From: a virus
DNA: 64,000 nucleotides
Reading direction: 5' to 3' (one strand)
Virus record (IMG/VR): IMGVR_UViG_3300044998_001035
Location: 14,807-78,806 of that record
Under the pieces are notes generated by a model, which was not told where the DNA came from, did not search any database, and was given only the letters and a program-made list of their open reading frames with translations. Shown piece by piece: positions 57,175-64,000 of the stretch (position 1 is its first letter; every line of letters starts with the position of its first letter). A program made the translations under genes and the position numbers.

Positions 57175-57780
57175 GTGAACGCGTCCGGCCCCGTGGGGCT
57201 CGCCGGGCTCGGGTGGGCCGCCGCGGAGGCGGCGGCCCTGGCCGGCGCGCCCGCGGCGCGCGAGCTGATGGCCGTGGCGCTCTACCGGACGGCCCCACGC
57301 GCCGCGGCACGGGCCCTGGCGCGGCTCGACGCCCGCTGGCTCGACGCCGAGGACGTGGCGTCCGAGGCGTTCCTGTACGCGTGGCCCCGCCTCGACGCCT
57401 GGGAACCTGGGCTCGGGGCGCGGCTGTCCACCTACGCGTACCGCGGCCTGCTGATCGGCGCCTACGACGCGGCCCGTCGGGCGCGTCGCAGGCGCGCCGC
57501 GGGGGGCGAGCACGCCCGGCTCGCGGCATGCCCGGACCGCCGCAAGGGGCCCGAGGACGTCGCGGCGGAGCGGGACGGGGTCGACCTGGTGGCGCTCGTC
57601 CTCTCCGCGATGCCGCCCGGCGAGCGCGCCGCGTACTCGCTGCGGCACGGCCTCGACGGCGGGCCGACGCGCTCGGACGCGGAGGTCGCGCGGGTGCTGC
57701 GCATCAGCCGCGGGCTCGCCGCGCGGCTCGGCCAGGCCGCCGAGATCCGGGCACGCGCCTGCTTCGCGCGGCCCGACTGA
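57175..57780 (+). CDS. Sigma70-family RNA polymerase sigma factor
   Basis: Region 2 DAEDVASEA...GARLSTYAY; region 4 MPPGER...RHGLDG...AEVARVLRISR. Confidence 0.8.
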   Translation: MNASGPVGLAGLGWAAAEAAALAGAPAARELMAVALYRTAPRAAARALARLDARWLDAEDVASEAFLYAWPRLDAWEPGLGARLSTYAYRGLLIGAYDAARRARRRRAAGGEHARLAACPDRRKGPEDVAAERDGVDLVALVLSAMPPGERAAYSLRHGLDGGPTRSDAEVARVLRISRGLAARLGQAAEIRARACFARPD

Positions 57781-57795
57781 CGCCGAGAAGAATTC

Positions 57796-58326
57796 ATGTC
57801 TACACAGATATTCATGGTGTTCGACGTCGAGTCGGTCGGACTCCACGGCGAGGGGTACGCGGTCGGCTGGTGGGTCGTGGACCGGGCGGGGAACCGGGTG
57901 GCCAGCGCCCAGTATGTGTGCGACCCGGCCGAGGCCGAGGGGGACGACGCCGGCCGCGCCTGGGTCGCGGCGAACGCCCCGGTGCCCGGCCGGGGCTACA
58001 ACTGCCGCGCGCCGCGCCACGTCCGCGACGAGTTCTGGAGGGCCTGGGAATACGCCCGGACGCGCGGGGCCGTGCTGGTCGCGGACTGCCCCTGGCCCGT
58101 CGAGTCGAACTTCCTCCGCCGCTGCGTCGAGGACGACCCGTCCAGGGCCGAGGCCGGGCCCTATCCCCTCGTCGACGTCGCGTCGGTCCGGCTCGCGGCC
58201 GGTCTCGACCCGCTCGCGTCCGCGCCTCGCCTCGACGGGGAACTCCCCGCCCACGACCCGCTCCGGGACGCGAGGCAGTCCGCCCGCCTCCTCATCGAAG
58301 CCCTGGACAAGTACGCCGGCCGCTGA
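57796..58326 (+). CDS. DEDDh 3'-5' exonuclease
   Basis: VFDVES...HDPLRDA. Confidence 0.75.
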   Translation: MSTQIFMVFDVESVGLHGEGYAVGWWVVDRAGNRVASAQYVCDPAEAEGDDAGRAWVAANAPVPGRGYNCRAPRHVRDEFWRAWEYARTRGAVLVADCPWPVESNFLRRCVEDDPSRAEAGPYPLVDVASVRLAAGLDPLASAPRLDGELPAHDPLRDARQSARLLIEALDKYAGR

Positions 58327-58359
58327 CGACGCGCCGCGACGGAGCAACGAGGCCAGCCC

Positions 58360-61300
58360 ATGCCCGGAACCGACCCCAGCACGCTCGACGGCTACCTCGC
58401 CGCCTACGCAATCGACGCCGACGCCGTGGCGGGCGACGACGGCTCCACCGTCGCGACGCTCGGCAACTACGCCGCGCCCTCGGGGTACGCCGGCCCCGCG
58501 ATCCGCGACGCCGGGCCCAACGGCATGCGGTTCCTGGAGTTCAGTGGCGGCGGCAAGTGCCTGCTCGCGACGCCCCCGGCGTGGTCGCCCAACCCCAACA
58601 ACTCGGGCGGCTCGTACCCGGTCGGGTTCTCCGCGGTCGCGGTCATCCGGGCCGACACGATCCAGCCGTCGGGAGAGTCGTTCCCGAACGACCGCCGCAC
58701 CTTCCTCGGCTGGCTCGCGGGGCAGGACCAGACGCCCGACGCCGGGTGGTCGCTGCTGCCCTCGGGCCGTCAGGCATGCACGTTCCAGCATGCGTCATGG
58801 ACCGGCTCATGGGGCAACGCCGGGTCGCCGGGCTCGGGGCTGTTCGCCGCGGACCTCTGGTACGTCGTCGGCATGCGGACGGACGGCGAGACGCTGACGC
58901 TCTGGAAGGGGCTGAACTTCGACCGCTCCGAGGTCAACCCCCAGTACGTCAACGGCTACTCCCAGCGCATCACGGGCCTCGCCCTGGGGGCGGAGTACCA
59001 GCGCCCCGGGGCGCGCGACTTCCTCGGCGACGTCGCCTACTTCGCACCGTTCTCGCGGGCGCTGACCGACAACGAATACGAGGCCGCGGCCCGGTGGCTC
59101 CTCGATCACTTCGGGCTGCCGGAGCGGGAGATCGACGTCACGGCATGGGTCGGGACCACGGGTCGGGACATCTTCCTGATGTTCCGCGACGCCCGCACGG
59201 GCAAGCAGGCGGGCGTCCAGTCCGCCCCCGACCCGGACGGCATCCACTACTCGGTCAACGGCGGGGCGCTGGTGGAGCCATCGACGGTCCTCAGCCGGCC
59301 GTGGGACCCCTACGGCCTGGACACGCCGCTGATCTCGATCCCGCTGGCCTCCCCGATCGCCCCGGGTGCCGCCGTCGAGGTGTCGGTGGACGCCCTGGCG
59401 ATCGAGACCCGCAAGGGCTTCGTGGACGCCGTCTCGGGCGTGACCGCGACGAACTTCTCGGGCGAGGCCGCGATGCTCTCGCAGGAGGTGCCCGAGGGCG
59501 TGACGATGCGCCAGGGCGTGAACGTCAATCAGTCCCCGTCGTTCTGGACGCCCGACTGCTACACCCGGAACCTGTTCCGGGGGGCGGCGGCGGCCGGCTC
59601 GCCGGGGTCGCTCGACGCCGACGGGTATCCCCTCTCCGGCACGCCGGGGACGACCTACATCCTCCGCCAGGGCCCGGCGACCGGGCTGCCCGAGGGCGCG
59701 ATGTTCGCCTACCCGGGCGTCGAGTACGGCCGCTACGTCGTCGAGTGGGACGGGCCGGCGGGCTCGCTGCTGACGCTCACCGCCGGCAACTACGACGACG
59801 GCAGGACGGTCGTCGCCCACGTCGAGGAACTGGACGACCTCGGGGGCGACGTGAAGCGGCGATACTTCGACGTCTTCGAGCATGAAAGCTCGTCGCTGCA
59901 TTGCCCCTCGCTCAACCTCGTGTACGCCGGCACCGGGGGGCATTGCATCGACATCAAGGTGATGCTCGCCCGCTACGAGGGGGAGCCGGGCGAGTTCGCG
60001 GATCAGGTGATCGAGCGCATCGGCGGGTTCGACGAACTCCGCACGATGGACATGGTCTCGACGAACTTCTCCAACATCGCGAAGCCCGAGCACTTCACGC
60101 CCGACGGTTACGCGACCTGGGGCGACACCCTCCGCCGCACCGTCGCCATCTCCAGGATCGAGGCGTATTCCGGCACGCACTACCTCCCCGACAACACCTG
60201 CCAGCACTGGCTGGTCACGTTCTCCGCCCCGCACGGGCTTGAGAAGGGCCAGGGCGTCTCGATCCGGTCGACCGGCGGGAACATCGACGTCGTGCTCGCC
60301 GACCGCACGGTGAACCTGGACGGGGCCGGGATGATCGGCTGGCCGATCTCATCCACGACGTTTTACGGGTTCACGTTCACGCCCGGGGGCGTGTCGCACG
60401 CGGCAACCGTCACGGCGTTCGAGGGCTCCAACGCGGTCGGGGACGTCGACATCGGGGCGGGCGTGCCGATCGAGGCGGCGGCCCGGCTCGTCAACGAGGC
60501 GGACATCCCGGCGATCCACTTCTGCATGCCGCACGCGGCGACGGAGGCCGCGATCGAGCACGTCGCGACGCGGCTCGACGCCTCGCTCCTCCCCGGGAAG
60601 ATCGTCCGCCTCGAGCTGTCCAACGAGGCGTGGAACCTCGGATTCATCCAGAATTACTTCTTCGCGGGCGAGGCGGCGCGGCTCGGGATGGCGTCGGCGG
60701 CGGACCAGGCGGCGGCCCTCGCGTATGCACGCCTCAGCTTCGAGGCATACGACGTCTTCGCCGCGAAGTGGGCCGACCTGGGGCGCGACCCGGACGACCT
60801 CGAACTGGTCCTCGGCACCCAGTACGGCCGGGTCGGGTTCACCGAGGACGCGGCGGCGTGGGTGGCGGCGAACCGCCCCGAGGTCCGGGCGTGGTGGACC
60901 TTCGCCCCCTACCACGACGCGATGCCGCTGGGGCGGCTCCCGGGCGTGGACTACTCGGGCTGGACGCTGGAACGGATGGTCGACTACCACGAGGCGTGGA
61001 AGGCCGCGTTCGACGGGGCGAAGGACGTCGCCGATCACGTCGCGGTCCTCGACGGCCTCGGCCTGGATTACCGGCTCGGCAACTACGAATCCAACTATGC
61101 GTGGGTCGGGGTCTCCGCGTCCACGGGCGGGGGCGGGCCGTCGGACGCGAACTGGGCCGCGTGGAACCGCGAACAGCTCGCCATCGACCACCACCCCCGG
61201 ATGCGGGGCGTCCACCTGGCGAGCTACGCCGAGTTCCAGGCGGCCGGGATCGAGGTCAACTCGGTCTACTCCAAGAGTTCCGGCTACGTCCGCGAGTTCG

Positions 61301-61884
61301 CGGCCTACGGGCGGGGGAAGTACGGGCACTGGATCGGGCTCGGGCAGGGGACGGGCCGGGGCGAGGCCAACGCCACGGCGTTCGCCGACGAGGCCGGGCT
61401 GCCGGCCTGGCCGACGACGCTCGCGGTCGAGTCGCCCAAGGGCAAGGCCCTCTACGACTGGCAGGCCGCCGCGGGCGGGGCGCCGCCGCCGCTCGTCGCG
61501 TCGTGGGGCCAGGTGTCGTCGCCGCGCGACTCCTCGATCTCGGGGCTGTCCCTGACCTTCAACCGGGCCGTCACGGGGGTCGGCGTCGGGGACGTCACGC
61601 TGACGCGGGACGGCTCGCCCGTGTCGCTGGACGGGGCGTCGCTGACGGGCTCCGGCACGACCTACGCGCTCGCCGGCCTGACCTCCGCCACCACCCCGCC
61701 CGGCGTCTACGTGCTCAGGCTCGTCGCGTCGGGCTCGGGGATCGTGGACGGGGACGAGATCGCCCTGCTGTCCGACGCCGTCCGGTCCTGGACCAGGACG
61801 GGCGGGGGCGGCGGGGGAGGGGGCGGCGACGCCGCCAGGGCGTATTTCGGGGCGTTGTTCTCCATGCCGCTGAGGATCAACTGA
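58360..61884 (+). CDS. Large virion protein: LamG-like domain, glycoside-hydrolase-like core, Ig-like domain
   Basis: LRTMD, GVPIE, MPHAA, LELSNEAWN, FAPY, NYE; C-terminal LTFNRAVTGV...YVLRLVASGSGIVD. Confidence 0.65.
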   Translation: MPGTDPSTLDGYLAAYAIDADAVAGDDGSTVATLGNYAAPSGYAGPAIRDAGPNGMRFLEFSGGGKCLLATPPAWSPNPNNSGGSYPVGFSAVAVIRADTIQPSGESFPNDRRTFLGWLAGQDQTPDAGWSLLPSGRQACTFQHASWTGSWGNAGSPGSGLFAADLWYVVGMRTDGETLTLWKGLNFDRSEVNPQYVNGYSQRITGLALGAEYQRPGARDFLGDVAYFAPFSRALTDNEYEAAARWLLDHFGLPEREIDVTAWVGTTGRDIFLMFRDARTGKQAGVQSAPDPDGIHYSVNGGALVEPSTVLSRPWDPYGLDTPLISIPLASPIAPGAAVEVSVDALAIETRKGFVDAVSGVTATNFSGEAAMLSQEVPEGVTMRQGVNVNQSPSFWTPDCYTRNLFRGAAAAGSPGSLDADGYPLSGTPGTTYILRQGPATGLPEGAMFAYPGVEYGRYVVEWDGPAGSLLTLTAGNYDDGRTVVAHVEELDDLGGDVKRRYFDVFEHESSSLHCPSLNLVYAGTGGHCIDIKVMLARYEGEPGEFADQVIERIGGFDELRTMDMVSTNFSNIAKPEHFTPDGYATWGDTLRRTVAISRIEAYSGTHYLPDNTCQHWLVTFSAPHGLEKGQGVSIRSTGGNIDVVLADRTVNLDGAGMIGWPISSTTFYGFTFTPGGVSHAATVTAFEGSNAVGDVDIGAGVPIEAAARLVNEADIPAIHFCMPHAATEAAIEHVATRLDASLLPGKIVRLELSNEAWNLGFIQNYFFAGEAARLGMASAADQAAALAYARLSFEAYDVFAAKWADLGRDPDDLELVLGTQYGRVGFTEDAAAWVAANRPEVRAWWTFAPYHDAMPLGRLPGVDYSGWTLERMVDYHEAWKAAFDGAKDVADHVAVLDGLGLDYRLGNYESNYAWVGVSASTGGGGPSDANWAAWNREQLAIDHHPRMRGVHLASYAEFQAAGIEVNSVYSKSSGYVREFAAYGRGKYGHWIGLGQGTGRGEANATAFADEAGLPAWPTTLAVESPKGKALYDWQAAAGGAPPPLVASWGQVSSPRDSSISGLSLTFNRAVTGVGVGDVTLTRDGSPVSLDGASLTGSGTTYALAGLTSATTPPGVYVLRLVASGSGIVDGDEIALLSDAVRSWTRTGGGGGGGGGDAARAYFGALFSMPLRIN

Positions 61885-61960
61885 ACCATGCTCGACGATT
61901 CGACGCTCGGCGTCCTCCCCGGCGAGGCCGTCACCCGCTTCATGAACGGATATTGATATC

Positions 61961-62446
61961 ATGCCGACCACCTTCAAGAATTTGCAGCAGGCCGTCGAGA
62001 CGGTCGTGACCGGCGCGAACCTCAACGCCCTCGCGAACAACGCGCTCGTGCTCTCGTCCGAGTACGACAACCGGTACGGGCAGGCCGGCGACGGGGCCGA
62101 GTGGGCGACCCTCGAAGGTTACTTCGACTTCGCGGGGACCGTCGCCGCGAACACGGTGATCGACGGCTGGCTCGTGACCGCCCCGGACGGCACGAACTAC
62201 GGCGACGGCTCCGCCTCGGTGACGCCCGCCCGGCCGATCGAATTCGCCTTCCAGTTGCGGGGCGTCTCGGGGGCCCACCAGCAGCGGGTCCGGGCGGTCG
62301 GGCGGGGCGGCTCCCCGCTGATCCAGCTCCCGCCGTGCAAGCTCAAGCTCCTCGTCCGCAACAACGCCACCGGGTCCGCCCTCGCGTCGAACACGAATTC
62401 ATTCATCAAGATCGGTCGCATCTTCCGCGTCGGGGTGGTGTCGTGA
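61961..62446 (+). CDS. Virion structural protein
   Basis: Beta-rich; in the late operon. Confidence 0.55.
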   Translation: MPTTFKNLQQAVETVVTGANLNALANNALVLSSEYDNRYGQAGDGAEWATLEGYFDFAGTVAANTVIDGWLVTAPDGTNYGDGSASVTPARPIEFAFQLRGVSGAHQQRVRAVGRGGSPLIQLPPCKLKLLVRNNATGSALASNTNSFIKIGRIFRVGVVS

Positions 62447-63171
62447 GCGTCGCGGCCCGCTTCGTCGCCGCGTCGGGCCAGCGCCTGGAATCGGCCGCGG
62501 CGGCCGTCGCCGTCGGGGAGACCGAGTATACCTGGGCGGGATGGGTGTATTTAAATGAGTTGTCGATTAGTCGTTGCTATGGGGCGCGTGATCCCGGCGG
62601 TGCAGGGGGGTGGGAGGTCGGCTTCGACGGCAACTGGTTCGCGACCGCCTATGGCCCCTCGGGCAGCGGCGTGGTCTTCACCTCGGGCGCCCCGTCGCCC
62701 GTCAACGCTTGGCGCCATGTCTGCACCTGGAGGACGATCAGCCCCGACGCGATCTCGCTCCAGATCGACAACGGGACGGTGTTCACCGCGTCGCTCCCCG
62801 GGCCGGTCGCCGCGGGGTCCTCGCCGCTGCACGTCGGGAACGTGGGGTCGTGGGGCTCGCGATACTGGGACGGCCGGATCGGGCCGGTCGGCCGCTGGAA
62901 CCGGCTCCTCACCGACGAGGAGCAGGGCTGGCTCCACAACGGCGGCCGGGGCCTCCCCTACGAGGGGCTGCCCCCGTCGCTGCTGACGGGGCTGGTCGCG
63001 TGGTGGCCGCTCGACGAGGCCGGCGGGATCAGGCGGGACGTCCACGGCGGCAACGACCTGACGCCCGTCAACGGCCCCGGGTGGGGCCTGGGGCACGTCG
63101 GCGGGGCCGACGACGGCGGGGCCGACGACGCCGGGGCGTCGCTCCTCCTTCAACGCATGCTCGGAGATTGA
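62443..63171 (+). CDS. LamG/concanavalin A-like domain protein
   Basis: TWAGWVY, WRHVC, WDGRIG..WNRLLT, LVAWWPLDE. Confidence 0.75.
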   Translation: MSVAARFVAASGQRLESAAAAVAVGETEYTWAGWVYLNELSISRCYGARDPGGAGGWEVGFDGNWFATAYGPSGSGVVFTSGAPSPVNAWRHVCTWRTISPDAISLQIDNGTVFTASLPGPVAAGSSPLHVGNVGSWGSRYWDGRIGPVGRWNRLLTDEEQGWLHNGGRGLPYEGLPPSLLTGLVAWWPLDEAGGIRRDVHGGNDLTPVNGPGWGLGHVGGADDGGADDAGASLLLQRMLGD

Positions 63172-63174
63172 TCG

Positions 63175-64000
63175 ATGAGAAGGGCCGGGAGCACGTCCCA
63201 ATCCGTCGAGATCCTCGCCCTCGATTACGAGGGCCGCCCGGTCACGACGCTGACCCACGCCTCGGGCGGTCTAACCTTGTCGTACCACCGTCCGGGGTCC
63301 GCCGCCGCGTCGATCGCGCCCGCGTCGCTCGCCGGCCCGGACGCGGCGTGGTCGTCGGGCGGGTTCGTCCACGTCTCCAACGGTGTCTACAGGCTCGACG
63401 TGCCTGACGCGGCGTTCGCGGCGGGCGTCAACAGGGTGACGGTCACGGGGGCCGCGACCGGCGTCGTGTTCGTGCCGCTGCGGGTCGCGCTCGTGGCGTT
63501 CGACCCCGGGGATGACGTCCGGCTCGGTCTCACGGCGCTGCCGAATGCGATGTTTGATAGCCTCTCGGGCCTCCCCTCGCGGACCCGCGTCCAGTCCGTG
63601 CCGGGCGACACGTGGAACCTGAACGCCGCGAGCTACAACACCGGGGGCACGATCGGCCAACTCGTCAACAGGCTCGACGCGGCGATCACGACTCGGGCGA
63701 CCGACGCGGGCGTGTGGGCCAATTCGACGCGCGAGCTATCGGCCGGGACGAATATCGTCCTCGCCAAGGGGACCGGGATCACCGGGTTCAATGACCTGGA
63801 CGCGGCGGGCGTCCGGGCGGCCGTCGGGATGGCGTCGGCCGACCTCGACACGCAGCTTGACGCGATCGCCGCGGGCGGGCTCGACGCCGGGGCCGTGGCC
63901 GACGCGGTCTGGGACGCGACGCGGGCCGACCACGGCGACGCGGGGACGTTCGGGGAGGTCTTGCAGGGCTTCGACGGCACGGCGGACGGTGCGACCGAGG
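63175..64000 (+). CDS. Virion/tail-associated protein (3' end outside window)
   Basis: MRRAGSTSQSVEI...GVYRLDVPDAAFAAG; open to the edge. Confidence 0.6.
   Translation, partial: MRRAGSTSQSVEILALDYEGRPVTTLTHASGGLTLSYHRPGSAAASIAPASLAGPDAAWSSGGFVHVSNGVYRLDVPDAAFAAGVNRVTVTGAATGVVFVPLRVALVAFDPGDDVRLGLTALPNAMFDSLSGLPSRTRVQSVPGDTWNLNAASYNTGGTIGQLVNRLDAAITTRATDAGVWANSTRELSAGTNIVLAKGTGITGFNDLDAAGVRAAVGMASADLDTQLDAIAAGGLDAGAVADAVWDATRADHGDAGTFGEVLQGFDGTADGATE

Noticed and set aside
62845-62858. Possible self-target of guide 3 (GGnTCnTGnGGnTC)
   Set aside because: Only 5 dinucleotides match and the flanks mismatch, as expected by chance; no convincing in-window target was found by eye, and the search was not exhaustive

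Overview
A very GC-rich (about three-quarters G+C by eye) tailed-phage or prophage genome segment, almost all on the + strand. The host is probably a planctomycete, inferred from a planctomycete-type VEALEHR motif in a matrixin, a planctomycete-like RimI and planctomycete-style extracellular domains. Order: glycosyltransferase (open at the left edge); XRE repressor/HTH switch; Rad52-like annealase, replication initiator with internal iterons and DnaB; accessory genes (RimI-like GNAT, ThyX, CsrA, ParB, HNH, frameshifted CysH-like); MoxR-VWA module, SMC-like ATPase, beta clamp, C5 methylase with a nested out-of-frame gene and Gp37/68; a membrane/protease cluster; a complete 7-deazaguanine DNA-modification cluster (dpdA, queC, queD, queE, folE); terminases, portal, head genes, sigma factor, exonuclease and virion proteins (open at the right edge). 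No integrase or tape measure was recognised. The main finding is a compact operon at about 14650-16380: promoter, unknown accessory gene, a non-coding array of three units, and a stand-alone Cas7/RAMP-like gene. Each array unit is 14-16 pentamers of GGC-NN with variable dinucleotides, followed by a constant 58-nt tail that folds into a tRNA-like acceptor stem plus T-arm. This looks like a CRISPR-independent RNA-guided system with a non-contiguous guide code. All protein calls come from motif recognition by eye; no searches were run.
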